Assembly (NCBI GenBank): GCA_963707985.1
Contig: CAVPRW010000025.1
Location: 64,001 to 128,000, forward strand
Reading direction: 5' to 3'
Length of the DNA stretch: 64,000 nucleotides
Source: an uncultured Nitrospinota bacterium
GTDB taxonomy: Bacteria; Tectomicrobia; Entotheonellia; J063; CAVPRW01
Part shown: piece after piece, positions 10,173-20,520 of the stretch
Numbering within the stretch: position 1 is the stretch's first letter
How the letters are laid out: every line of letters starts with the position of its first letter
The notes under the pieces: generated by a model
The model's database searches: none
What the model was told of the DNA's origin: nothing
What the model saw: the letters and a program-made list of their open reading frames with translations, nothing else
Program-made: the position numbers and the translations under genes

Positions 10173-11308
10173 AAACCGTGTTTCGCGGGCGCGAGGTTGG
10201 GGTTGCGGTTGGAATGGTGGCGTTGCTTGCTGCGCTGCTCGGTGATCGCCTCGAGTGGTGGCGTGGAGAGGAGCCCTTCACCCACCCGCGCGACATCCAG
10301 GCGGCAGTGGCTTTCACGCCTGATGAGGAGATCAACATCCGGGTCTATCGCGCCGCCAGTCCTGCCGTCGTCAATATCACCACCATCGCGGTAGCCTATG
10401 ATTTTTTCCTAAGCCCCGTGGCGAAGGAAGGTACCGGTTCGGGGGCGATTATCGACCGCTCGGGCCATATCCTCACCAACTTTCATGTCATCGATGGCGC
10501 TCGGCGACTGGAAGTCACGCTCGCCGATGGCAGCAAGTGGCCAGCACGACCGGTCGGTGCCGATCCAAGTAACGATTTGGCGGTGATCAAAATCGATGCT
10601 CCAGTCGAGAAACTCACGGTGATTCCGCTTGGAGATTCCTCTAAGTTGCTGGTCGGCCAGAAGGTCTTGGTCATCGGCAACCCATTCGGCCTGGACCGTA
10701 CGCTGACGGTCGGTATTGTCAGCTCCACAGGCCGATCGATCCGAGCCGATAATGGCCGCTTGATCCGCGGCATCATCCAGACCGACGCGGCGATCAACCC
10801 CGGCAACTCAGGCGGGCCAGTGCTCAATTCGAGCGGTGAGGTCATCGGGGTTAGCACAGCCATCTTCTCACCGAGTGGGGGCAGCGTCGGCGTCGGCTTT
10901 GCTGTGCCGATCAATACCGCCAAGCGGATTATCCCCGAGCTCATCAACCGTGGCTACGTCGCACGCCCCTACCTGGGAATCGCCGGCCATGAAATCGATC
11001 CGGCTTTGGTACAGGCACTCCGGTTGCCCGTGAATGAAGGGATCATGGTGGTCGAAGTTACCCCTGGGAGCCCTGCCCAGCGCGCCGGCATCCGCGGCGG
11101 AGACCGGGCAGTCCAGGTGGGCAACATGATCGTTCGAGTGGGTGGGGACATTATCATCGAGGTCGACAAGGTGAAGGTGCGGAACTTTGAGGAACTGAGC
11201 GATTTTATCGATGCCAAACAACCGGGTGACACCGTCGCTCTCACCTACAACCGACAGGGCAAGCTCAACGTCGTCGAAGTGCGGCTGCGCGAGCGACCGC
11301 GAGGCTGA
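10169..11308 (+). CDS. HtrA/DegP-family serine protease with PDZ domain
   Basis: GSGAII, TNFHV, IQTDAAINPGNSGGP, one C-terminal PDZ domain. Confidence 0.93.
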   Translation: MKTVFRGREVGVAVGMVALLAALLGDRLEWWRGEEPFTHPRDIQAAVAFTPDEEINIRVYRAASPAVVNITTIAVAYDFFLSPVAKEGTGSGAIIDRSGHILTNFHVIDGARRLEVTLADGSKWPARPVGADPSNDLAVIKIDAPVEKLTVIPLGDSSKLLVGQKVLVIGNPFGLDRTLTVGIVSSTGRSIRADNGRLIRGIIQTDAAINPGNSGGPVLNSSGEVIGVSTAIFSPSGGSVGVGFAVPINTAKRIIPELINRGYVARPYLGIAGHEIDPALVQALRLPVNEGIMVVEVTPGSPAQRAGIRGGDRAVQVGNMIVRVGGDIIIEVDKVKVRNFEELSDFIDAKQPGDTVALTYNRQGKLNVVEVRLRERPRG

Positions 11309-11317
11309 GGGACTGTT

Positions 11318-13122
11318 GTGGCCGAGCGCATTCGTATTCTATCAGAAGATCTGGCCAACCGCATTGCCGCTGGTGAGGTGATCGAGCGTCCCGCCTCAGT
11401 GGTCAAGGAATTGGCGGAGAACGCCCTCGACGCTGAGGCGCACACGATCACGGTCACGGTGCAAGGAGCCGGACGTCGGCTGATCCGGGTCAGCGATGAC
11501 GGATATGGCATGAATCGGGATGATGCCCTCCTCGCCTTCGAACGCCATGCCACCAGTAAGATCAGGTCAGTCGAGGATCTGGGCTGCATTGCCACCCTGG
11601 GGTTTCGCGGCGAGGCGTTGCCAAGCATCGCCTCGGTGTCACGGTTGACGTTAACGACCTGTGCACAGCTTGGGGATACTGGAACCTTGCTGGAGTTGGA
11701 CGGTGGGGTGATACGTCAGGTGCGGGAGTGGACGGGTCCAGTCGGCACCAGTATTGAGGTTCGGCAACTGTTCTTCAATACGCCCGCTCGCCTCAAATTT
11801 CTTAAGAGCAGGAACACGGAAGTGGGGCATATGATCAACGTCATCAGCCAGCTTGCCCTCGCCCATCCTGGGCTCCGTGTCAGATTTACGCACGAACAGC
11901 AGGCCCTCCTCGATCTGCCCCCCGCCGCAACCACGCTGGAGCGGCTGGCGACGATTTGGGGAGCGGAAATCAGCCGGCAACTCATCCCGATCGAAGACCG
12001 CGAGGGATCGGTGCTGTTGTCTGGCTTTGTGTCTCCCCCAACATGGAGTCGGGCCAGCCGTGATGCCCAGTATTTATTTGTCAATGGGCGTGCGGTGCGC
12101 GATCGCCTGCTCTTGCATGCCCTTTCCGAAGCGTATCGCCATACCCTCCCTGAGAAGCGTCATCCGATGGTCTTCGTGTTCTTGACGCTGCCGCCACAGG
12201 ATGTCGATGTCAATGTGCATCCTCACAAAACCGAGGTCCGCTTCGTCCAACCGGACCTTGTGCATGCGGTGGTTCGGGAGGCCATTCGGCGCAGCCTGTC
12301 ACAGATGTCGATGCGCATCGCAGGTGGCGGGGTTACGGAATCCGCCCACGCCATCACCTCCGTCGTCCCCTGCTCTGCCCATGATGCCGCAAACATGGCT
12401 ACCCTCCCATCAGGCAAACCTTGGAGGTGTCAGGCCTAACACCGTGGTCACTGACCCTCGATCTGATCTAGACCTACCGACACCGAGACCCGCAGCAACT
12501 GCGCCAGAGGCTTCTCCTCTCAAGCCATCGCCGCTGGTCCCTTCGCCTCAATTGCGTCCTTTGGGACAAATTCATCATTCGTTCATCGTGGCGGACGGCC
12601 CAGATGGACTGTATCTGTTTGATCAACACGCACTCCAAGAACGAATTCTTTACGAAGTGCTCAAATCGGGGTTTCGAGCCGAAGCCCTGCCGCGTCAGCA
12701 TCTCTTGTTTCCAACTGCTCTGGAGCTGACACCCGCGGCCATGTTGTGGTTCGAAGAATTCCGCGAGATGTTGGAGCGTATTGGATTTGAGGCGGAGCCA
12801 TTTGGAGGGACCACCGTCATGTTGAGAATCCGTGCCCGCGGTCCTCGCCGAATATCCATATGTGGAAATCTACCGCGACACCTTCGCCGCCTTGGCTGCG
12901 ACGGGGAGAGCCAGCCCTTACGACGAAATCGTCGAGGCCATGCTGGCGAGTATGGCCTGCCATGATGCGATTAAGATCAACCGCCCCCTCGATCTCTCCG
13001 AAATGCGTCGTCTTCTCGATGATTTTGCCAACGTCGGCGCACCTGCGACCTGCCCACACGGACGCCCGCTAGCCTTGACGATTCCGGTCAGCGAGTTGCG
13101 ACGGCGCTTCCATCGATCGTAA
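11318..13122 (+). pseudogene. mutL: DNA mismatch repair protein MutL, split by two +1 frameshifts (possibly sequence errors)
   Basis: IAAGEVIERPASVVKEL, HATSK, GFRGEAL, DVNVHP in 11318-12439; DQHALQER in 12201-12965; MACH..IK and TCPHGRP in 12832-13122. The second shift is at AA 12827-12828; the first lies somewhere in the linker (~12300-12440). Confidence 0.9.
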
Positions 13123-13287
13123 TTTACCAACGGCATCACGCCCTAGAATCGCACCATGAGACAGTGGTACAAGAGGTAGGGTGGCATAACGCCGTGTCTA
13201 CCTCTGCCACACCCCCACTTCCACTCGTGCGCATGGCACATGGGATCAATGCTGGCGGACACGTGGGTGACGCGCATAGCGTCTGAT

Positions 13288-15252
13288 TTAGACGGGATAG
13301 ACTTCGGTGGTGACCTCTAAGCTGACACCGAATGCCTTCTTGAGTTCTTCCTCAAGGAGGCTGCGATACTCATCAGATTCGACCAACTCTTGTTGAAAAC
13401 GCTGTTGGGGTGGGAAGCCTATGACTAATCCATGTTCGGTGATACGTAGTGGACGCGCCGCAGCGAGAATCGTTTCGAGGATCCGACGGCGACGGGAAAC
13501 GCGCTTGACTATCTGGTCCCACATGGCTGTCACTTGCTCGATGGTGGGAGTAGAAGGTGTCGGCGTTGTGGCCATCTGCTCATCGTCACGAGGCTCGTGG
13601 GTCGCGCTGAGCGGAGGTGTTCCTTCAGGAAAGAGTGGTAAGCTCAGGTCCGTTCCCACAGGCGCTGGTACTCGTGCCGCAAAGCGAGGCCTAGGGTGCG
13701 TTCCAGAGTTCATACGCGGGGCAGCAGGCACGTGTGAGAAGGCTACTCGCTCACCTGTTACGTCAATGTCGTCATCCGGCTCCACAGCGAAGATGATTGG
13801 ATATTCCCCCGTGGCCTTGCCGACGAGCAGACTGTGGTACGTGCGCAGGCGTCGTCCAACATTTTGGAGGGTTGCCGCATCGACGCGGCTGCGTTTGGCT
13901 AGGTGGCGGGCTTCATCAGACGTCACCTGGCACAGAAACAGATTATCCGCGTCGTGCTGAAGATGATCTCCGAGACCGATGACCCTCGTGGTGACGAAAA
14001 AGCTTGTGAGACCGAGATGCCTCATCGGGAGGAGGACATCAGTGATGAAGGATGGTCCGACGAGCGACTGGGCCTCGTCGAAAAACAGGCAGGCTAATTG
14101 GTCTGTTTCCGGGGCCCTTTCGCCTGCAGAGATGTCGCTCAGGCTGCCTACAAGCGATGAGACGACGCTGGTCTGGGCCCATCGAGTGAGCTTGGAGAGA
14201 TCGATCAGCAGGGCACCGCCATGGCGAATCTCGGCATAACCATCGTGCAATGCTGTACCCTCACTCGGCTGCGTGGCGAAGATTTGCGCTTGTTTGATGG
14301 CATCGAGGCAGGCGAGAATCGCGCCGCCCGCCACGGGTTGGCCCTCTGTCTCCAGGTCACCGGCCAGGTGTATCAAATCATCAATCCCAAGAAATGGGGG
14401 AGGCTGGTTGACATCATGCTGACTTTTTGGCCGCGCGAACCGACGTGCGACATGGCTGGTGAAATACAGTGCGACAGCTGTCGGCAGGCCAAAATGCCTC
14501 AACATTGTCGAGAAAGTATCCAGGCGCATGTGTGCCATGGCCAGCTTGAGGCTTTCCCCCACAATGAGAGGGACGATCGCATGGCGTACCCCTGCGCTTG
14601 TAGAGGAACGCACACGTTCTTGGGAAGGCCGGGCATAGACGCCTTTGGTGTCGAAGACAATGCACGGAAGACCATGCTCGATAAGTCGGCTCATAAGAAC
14701 TTGGGCAAGGTGTGCCGTCCCCGACCCCTCTAGCCCCGCAATCAGATTGAGCACACCAAGTGCGGCTCGCTCGATATGAAACGGCGCACCGGCCACCGTT
14801 TTTCCAAGCCAAAGGGGATTTCTCGAGTCTGGGATGCATTGGCGCAGTATTTCATCGTCCGTTGTCTTGGATACGACGACAGTGCTCGTAGGAAGCCATC
14901 CATCCCACGGCTGCCAAGCCGGATCCGTCATCTTGCGAATCTTGGCGATGGCGAGATACCGACTGTGGATGTCGTCCGTGGGTTGAGTTGTTTTCCGACG
15001 GCGAGGGGATCGAGCCCGCAGCTTCGCTACCGCCGGGGCTGCAATTGGAGGGCCGACTGCCAGGCGCTGATCACGACCGAACAGCAATGACGCGGAAAAG
15101 ATTGCTTTGATCTCAATGACCTGAACGATGAGTCCGCGGTCCTCGTGGCGTCCACGGACCGACAGATTTTCGCCAACGTGCAAGTCCTCCTCGGCAGGAT
15201 CGAAGACCAGCTCAACCGTGTCTCCAATAATCTGTGTGACCTCAATGGCCAT
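13288..15252 (-). CDS. HerA/DUF87-like P-loop protein with degenerate Walker A and a C-terminal DnaX(tau)-C-like domain
   Basis: N-terminal barrel-like segment, NLIAGLEGSGTAH (Walker A lacking Lys), CIVFDTKG, FFDEAQ Walker B, Pro/Thr linker, then WDQIVKRV...ARPL...LVIGFP...LEEELKKAFGVSLEV. Confidence 0.75.
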   Translation of the reverse strand: MAIEVTQIIGDTVELVFDPAEEDLHVGENLSVRGRHEDRGLIVQVIEIKAIFSASLLFGRDQRLAVGPPIAAPAVAKLRARSPRRRKTTQPTDDIHSRYLAIAKIRKMTDPAWQPWDGWLPTSTVVVSKTTDDEILRQCIPDSRNPLWLGKTVAGAPFHIERAALGVLNLIAGLEGSGTAHLAQVLMSRLIEHGLPCIVFDTKGVYARPSQERVRSSTSAGVRHAIVPLIVGESLKLAMAHMRLDTFSTMLRHFGLPTAVALYFTSHVARRFARPKSQHDVNQPPPFLGIDDLIHLAGDLETEGQPVAGGAILACLDAIKQAQIFATQPSEGTALHDGYAEIRHGGALLIDLSKLTRWAQTSVVSSLVGSLSDISAGERAPETDQLACLFFDEAQSLVGPSFITDVLLPMRHLGLTSFFVTTRVIGLGDHLQHDADNLFLCQVTSDEARHLAKRSRVDAATLQNVGRRLRTYHSLLVGKATGEYPIIFAVEPDDDIDVTGERVAFSHVPAAPRMNSGTHPRPRFAARVPAPVGTDLSLPLFPEGTPPLSATHEPRDDEQMATTPTPSTPTIEQVTAMWDQIVKRVSRRRRILETILAAARPLRITEHGLVIGFPPQQRFQQELVESDEYRSLLEEELKKAFGVSLEVTTEVYPV

Positions 15253-15325
15253 GGGCGGAGAGCGTTACCTGTGTGGTCTGCGGCTGGCCCGCCTAGGTGT
15301 GCGTTCCCGAAGCGGCAAAACGGTC

Positions 15326-15772
15326 TCAGAGGATGCTCAGGATTTTACCAAGCGTCATCTCGTGCCGTTCTTCGATGCGGACCAGGTAAGCTTCCCAGCG
15401 GAGCGGACTCCATAGTTCTATGCGCTCGTATAATCCGATCAGCACGACCTCGTTATCGATGTCGGCATACTCCCGATGTCTCTTCGGAATAGAGAGCCTG
15501 CCGTTCTTATCGACTTCGGAAGGCGCGGACTCGGCGACCACGTAATGCATGAACAGGCGGCTTTGTTCGTCATCGAGATGCTGGCGCGACGCCGTCAACT
15601 TCTCCTCCCATTCGGAGGTACGATACAACCACAGGCTGTGATCGAGAGACTTGAGGATGATCACACTTTTCGCTAGCTGCTCATCTTCAACCGGAAAAGC
15701 GGCGCGAAAGACAGAAGGCAACACAAAGCGGCCCTTATCGTCCACGCCGCATCGGAATTCGCCCGCGAACAT
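15326..15772 (-). CDS. mraZ: MraZ-family transcriptional regulator (orphan, not in a dcw cluster)
   Basis: MFAGEF..VDDKGRFVLP and VDKNGRLSIP repeats, IELW. Start moved to the ATG at 15772. Confidence 0.85.
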   Translation of the reverse strand: MFAGEFRCGVDDKGRFVLPSVFRAAFPVEDEQLAKSVIILKSLDHSLWLYRTSEWEEKLTASRQHLDDEQSRLFMHYVVAESAPSEVDKNGRLSIPKRHREYADIDNEVVLIGLYERIELWSPLRWEAYLVRIEERHEMTLGKILSIL

Positions 15773-16146
15773 AGCATTCCCTGCCTGTATTTTCGCGGCG
15801 TTAGCAAGGGATTTGGTGATCCCTGGTGCCGCTGCTGTATCACAACCATCGATTTTTAACGCAAAAATCTCGTTAAACGACAGGTAAACATACATTTTTG
15901 ATAGTGTCAAGAAAAAAGATCAGGAAAGAAGACCGATCACCTGCACTGCCATTCACTGATCAGAGTGCTAGAAAGGATCTAGAATGGACCAGTCTGATAG
16001 ATTGACGCCAGGATGAATGCTATTGCTATGTGGAGTGCCAGGGGAGGGTTTACGCTATGTGCGGGAGCACTGCGGAGCATGATACGAGATGCACGAGGGC
16101 GTGTCAGACCATTGGCAGCCAATGGTCTGACACGCCCTTCGGAAGG

Positions 16147-17172
16147 TTAGGACGCTGGGATTTTTGCAGGATCGGCGGTTTGGTCAATGGATTGGGCGGC
16201 TTCGATGAGGGCGCCGAGCAGCTTCTGCCAGTCCCCAACGATGCCATACCGGGCGTAACGAAAAATATTGGCGTCACGGTCCTTGTTGATGGCAACGATG
16301 CACTTGGCACCTGAACAACCGGCAATATGCTGACTCGCACCCGAGATGCCGATCGTGATGTAGACGTCTGGGGTGATGGTCTTGCCAGTGAGGCCAATCT
16401 GCCAGCTATAGGGTACCCAGCCCGAGTCCACCGCAGCACGTGAGGCACCGATACCGGCCCCCAAGACGTTAGCTAATTCCTGCAGGGGTCTGAAGCCCTC
16501 TGGACCTCCCAAGCCTCGCCCCCCCGCCACGACTAACCTGGCGTCCTCGAGCTTAACGCCCGCAATTTCTTCCTTGACTGTGCTAACCACTTTCGTCTTC
16601 CCCTTGGCTGGATCGAGCTCAACCTGGAGGGGAATCACTTCTCCCCGACGGTGGTCCTGAGCTGGCAAAGGATTGTACACCTTTGGGCGCACCGTCGCAA
16701 ATTGCGGGTTCTGGGTGCAGAGGACGGTAGCCATCGCGTTCCCCCCATACACCGGGCGAGTGGCGAGGAGCTGCTTGGTGGAAGTATCGATTTTCACTTC
16801 AAGACAATCCTGCACCAGAGGCACCCCTAAACGGGCCGCTAGCCGAGGAGCCAAATCTCGACCGATGGACGTGCGGGCCATCAGCAAAACCCGGGGGTTG
16901 ACCGCCTGACAAAGCTTTGTCAGCGCTTCCAGATACAGCTCTGGCTGAAATCCGGCCAACAGGGGATCATCGACAACGTATGCACGATCGGCTCCGAGTG
17001 TCACCGCTACACGTGCGGGACTATCAATGCCATCTCCTATGAGACCGCAGGCCACGCCTATACCAAGATCGTCCGCGAGCTGACGGCCTGCAGCAATGAT
17101 CTCGCCGGTGATCGGGACCAGGTGCCCTTGTAGGCACTCTCCCAGCACAAGCACTTCTCCCGCCTCGGCCAT
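16147..17172 (-). CDS. etfA: Electron transfer flavoprotein alpha subunit
   Basis: VVAGGRGLG, GASRAAVDSGW, QIGLTGK, GISGASQH, AINKD. Start at the ATG after AAGGAGG. Confidence 0.95.
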   Translation of the reverse strand: MAEAGEVLVLGECLQGHLVPITGEIIAAGRQLADDLGIGVACGLIGDGIDSPARVAVTLGADRAYVVDDPLLAGFQPELYLEALTKLCQAVNPRVLLMARTSIGRDLAPRLAARLGVPLVQDCLEVKIDTSTKQLLATRPVYGGNAMATVLCTQNPQFATVRPKVYNPLPAQDHRRGEVIPLQVELDPAKGKTKVVSTVKEEIAGVKLEDARLVVAGGRGLGGPEGFRPLQELANVLGAGIGASRAAVDSGWVPYSWQIGLTGKTITPDVYITIGISGASQHIAGCSGAKCIVAINKDRDANIFRYARYGIVGDWQKLLGALIEAAQSIDQTADPAKIPAS

Positions 17173-17214
17173 CCTGTGCCTCCTTGTTTTTGGTCTCGAC
17201 GTGCCTCGCACCGG

Positions 17215-18015
17215 TTACATCAAGCGCGATCCACGTAGTTTCTGAAAGAGTGTGTGGGCAATCTCCCGTTCATCGCTGCCGTCGATGAACTCGCAGGTTT
17301 GATCCTGGACGGGGACGAAGAGGTCCACCAACTGCAGGCCAGACTGCAGAGCCGCGGGGTCGATCCCAAGATCCGAAAGCTTCCAGATCGCAGGACGTTT
17401 GCGGTTCGCCGCCATGATGGCGCGCATCGTCGGATAACGTGGGAGCCCAAGCTCATTGCTGACGGTCACCAGCGCCGGCAGTGGCGCTTCGACCACCTCA
17501 TAGCCGTCGGGGATTACGCGCTCCACCCGCACTGTGCCATTGCTGACCTCGATCTTCCTGGCAATTGTGACACAGGGGAGTCCTAATTCCTCAGTCAGAA
17601 TCAGCGGCACCTGCGCATTATCCCAGTCAGAGGCCTGACGGCCACAAAGAAGCAGGTCGAAGGCGCCGATCTTCGCGATGGCGGCACCGAGCAGCTGGGC
17701 CGTGACGCGGCTGTCAATGTTATCGTCAATGGCGGGATCCTGTAGCAGCACCAGCTCATCGGCGCCCATCGCCAGCAGCTTGCGCATGACGTCGATGGAG
17801 AATGTCTTCCCCACCGCTACGACCGTGACCTTCGCGTCCTGCGTATCTTTGATGCGTAACGCGGCCTCGACAGCATGTTCGTCGAAGCCGTTGACGACGG
17901 GTGGGAAGCTTGCGGGAACGCTCACTCGTTTATTGGCGGCATCGATCTTAAAGGCGGATTTGGGGATTTCCGGATCGATCACTTGCTTGGCGGTAACGAT
18001 GATCTGTAACGGCAT
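17215..18015 (-). CDS. etfB: Electron transfer flavoprotein beta subunit
   Basis: KQVIDP, FDEHAVEAAL, LAMGAD, GRQASDWD, PRYP. Confidence 0.95.
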   Translation of the reverse strand: MPLQIIVTAKQVIDPEIPKSAFKIDAANKRVSVPASFPPVVNGFDEHAVEAALRIKDTQDAKVTVVAVGKTFSIDVMRKLLAMGADELVLLQDPAIDDNIDSRVTAQLLGAAIAKIGAFDLLLCGRQASDWDNAQVPLILTEELGLPCVTIARKIEVSNGTVRVERVIPDGYEVVEAPLPALVTVSNELGLPRYPTMRAIMAANRKRPAIWKLSDLGIDPAALQSGLQLVDLFVPVQDQTCEFIDGSDEREIAHTLFQKLRGSRLM

Positions 18016-18036
18016 GTTCACTCCTGTGGCAAGCGG

Positions 18037-19527
18037 TTAGGCTTTCCCGGTGGCATCTTCAGCGGCACTGCTGCCGGCCAGCTTGCCAAACACCGCACCA
18101 GAGGCAAGTCCAGACCCACCTGCGTAATTATGGTAGAAAAGACCGCCGACCAGTTCGCCCGCGGCATACAAACCCGGCATCCCATTGCCCTCGGTGTCGA
18201 TCACCTGTCCACGTGTGTCGATCTTCAAGCCGCCGAAGGTGAACGTAATGCCACACGTCACCGCATACCCGAGGTAGGGTGGGGTATCGATTGGTAGTGC
18301 CCAGTTCGATTTGGGCGGTGTGATCCCCTCGGTGTGCTTCCCATCCAGTACGGTCGGGTCGTAGTGCCCCGGTTGTACTGCGGCATTATATTCGCGGATA
18401 GTCCGTACGAAGCCTTCACGGTCGAAGCCAAGCCGGTCGGCCAATTCTTCAAGGGTGTTGGTCGTCGCCGTCGTCGCTTGTGGGATCCGGTACTCATCAC
18501 GCAGCAGATGTTTTACCTTGTCGTCGAAGATTTGGAATGCTGATCCTAAAGGCTGCTTGAGGATCTCGCGCCCATAGGCGGCATAGGTATAGTTACGGAA
18601 GTCCGCCCCCTCATCTACGAAGCGTTTGCCTGCAAGGTTGACGATGAGCCCGAAGGGATACGAATGTTTTTGGTAGAGTTCAGTGATGGTACGATCGCCG
18701 AAGGGGGGGGCATTCAGATCCCAGGCGACGGCATGACAGCTACTCCAGTGGCCAAAGGACTGTGCACCGATGTCCAAGGCCATGCGGATGCCATCGCCGG
18801 TGTTATAGGGAACTCCGCGGACTTTGGCTAACTCCCAGCCCTGTCCGAGGTAACGGGTGCGCATCTCAGCGTTGGCCTCGAAGCCGCCACAGGCCAACAC
18901 CACAGTCTTCGCCGCGACCTCCTCGAAACCATCCGGCCCTTGGACGACCGCGCCACAAACTTTCCCCTGCCGATCCTGGATAAGTCTGATGCCTTTGGTC
19001 TGGTAGCGAATCTCAGCTCCCAGGCGTTCGGCCACCTCGAATTGCTGATCGGACAATCCCTTCCCAGCGCCAACCGATTCCACTACCAGGCCACCCCAGA
19101 AATGGTACTTGCCATCGACCTTGAAGGCCTGGCGGCCGAAGGCCAGGACGTAGCGCACGCCTTTTTCCCGCAGCCAGAGGAGCGTTGGATGGGATTGGGA
19201 CACCAGGATCTGGGCCAGCTCAGGATCGGCTAGTCCTTCCGTGACCCGCATCACATCGCTATAGAAATCATCCTCCGTGTACTTGCCGACATCGGTGGTA
19301 GCTTCTTCTTCCGGCGTCATATCAGGGATGAGTGCCTTGATATCGTCCATGCCATTGTAGGCACAGCGTATGATGCCACCAGTGAAATAGGTATTGCCGC
19401 CTCGGAAATACTCGGGGGCTTTCTCTAACACTAAGGTTCGTGCTCCGCGCTCGCACGCAGCGATGGCAGCGCAGAGCGCAGCATTACCAGCGCCGACGAT
19501 TAGCACATCATAGGTACTGTTGTTCAT
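18037..19527 (-). CDS. FAD-dependent tricarballylate dehydrogenase TcuA-like flavoprotein
   Basis: VGAGNAALCAA, RGGNTYFTGG, GGFEAN, RFVDEGAD, GITFTFGGL, GLYAAGELVGGLFYHNY. Confidence 0.88.
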   Translation of the reverse strand: MNNSTYDVLIVGAGNAALCAAIAACERGARTLVLEKAPEYFRGGNTYFTGGIIRCAYNGMDDIKALIPDMTPEEEATTDVGKYTEDDFYSDVMRVTEGLADPELAQILVSQSHPTLLWLREKGVRYVLAFGRQAFKVDGKYHFWGGLVVESVGAGKGLSDQQFEVAERLGAEIRYQTKGIRLIQDRQGKVCGAVVQGPDGFEEVAAKTVVLACGGFEANAEMRTRYLGQGWELAKVRGVPYNTGDGIRMALDIGAQSFGHWSSCHAVAWDLNAPPFGDRTITELYQKHSYPFGLIVNLAGKRFVDEGADFRNYTYAAYGREILKQPLGSAFQIFDDKVKHLLRDEYRIPQATTATTNTLEELADRLGFDREGFVRTIREYNAAVQPGHYDPTVLDGKHTEGITPPKSNWALPIDTPPYLGYAVTCGITFTFGGLKIDTRGQVIDTEGNGMPGLYAAGELVGGLFYHNYAGGSGLASGAVFGKLAGSSAAEDATGKA

Positions 19528-19592
19528 CTTCCTTCTTCCTCCAGTCGTCAAGAATCGATGCTGGCCTGTATGCCACCAACCGTAGCTTGCCG

Positions 19593-20489
19593 TCAGGTCA
19601 CCCGAGGGTCAAGCACGTCGCGAATGCGATCGCCCACCAGGTTGATGGCAAGCACCGTCAGCAGAATCGCCAGACCAGGAAACGTGGAAAGCCACCATGC
19701 GATACTGATGTAGTCACGCCCCAGGGAAATCATTTGACCCCATGAGGGATAGGTGCGACCGGTACCAAGGCCGAGGAAGCTCAGCGCCGCTTCGGCGAGG
19801 ATAGCCTGAGCCGTCTGCAGCGTCGCCATGACGATGACCGACGAGAAAGTGTTGGGCATGATGTGCCCGAAAGCGATCCTCAGATTCGACACCCCGATTG
19901 CTCGTGCCGCTTGTACGAACTCACGCTCCCGCAAAGCCAACACCTCGCCACGCACCACACGAGCATAACGCTCCCATCCCGTGAGGCCCAGGACCAGAAT
20001 AATATTGCCGATCCCAGGGCCAAGCACGGCTACCATGGCAAAGGCGAGGATGAGCTGTGGAAAGGCGAGCATGATATCGACCAAAGCCATGATGGTGGCG
20101 TCGGTTCGTCCACCCCAAAAACCCGCTACCAGACCCAAGGTGACCCCAATTAGCATACTGATGCCGACAGCGCAGATGCCGACCATTAGTGAAATCCGGC
20201 TCCCATGAATGATGCGGCTCCAGATGTCACGGCCGACATTGTCGGTCCCGAGCATATAGGTCATGCTGCCCTCCGCGGCCCAGAACGGAGGCTTGAAGCG
20301 CGCTATCAGCCGCTGTTTATTCGGTTCATGAGGGGCGACATAATCGGCCAACACCGCTCCCATAATGACGGTCAGCAGAATGATGCCTCCAACCACGCCA
20401 ATCGGATTCCGGGTAAATTTACGCCACAACCGTCGCCCTTCGGACAGCTTGAACGGCTCGATCTCGTCATAGGACCGTGCCCGTGCCAT
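19593..20489 (-). CDS. ABC transporter permease (DppC/OppC type)
   Basis: LGTDNVGRDIWSR, EREFVQAARAIG (EAA motif), LSFLGLG. Confidence 0.93.
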   Translation of the reverse strand: MARARSYDEIEPFKLSEGRRLWRKFTRNPIGVVGGIILLTVIMGAVLADYVAPHEPNKQRLIARFKPPFWAAEGSMTYMLGTDNVGRDIWSRIIHGSRISLMVGICAVGISMLIGVTLGLVAGFWGGRTDATIMALVDIMLAFPQLILAFAMVAVLGPGIGNIILVLGLTGWERYARVVRGEVLALREREFVQAARAIGVSNLRIAFGHIMPNTFSSVIVMATLQTAQAILAEAALSFLGLGTGRTYPSWGQMISLGRDYISIAWWLSTFPGLAILLTVLAINLVGDRIRDVLDPRVT

Positions 20490-20520
20490 TACAGCACCTT
20501 TCCTGCCGTACACGTTGGGC

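Noticed and set aside
13205..13230. GTGG-type repeats as MraZ boxes
   Set aside because: Spacing is irregular and they lie downstream of the operon rather than in the mraZ promoter.
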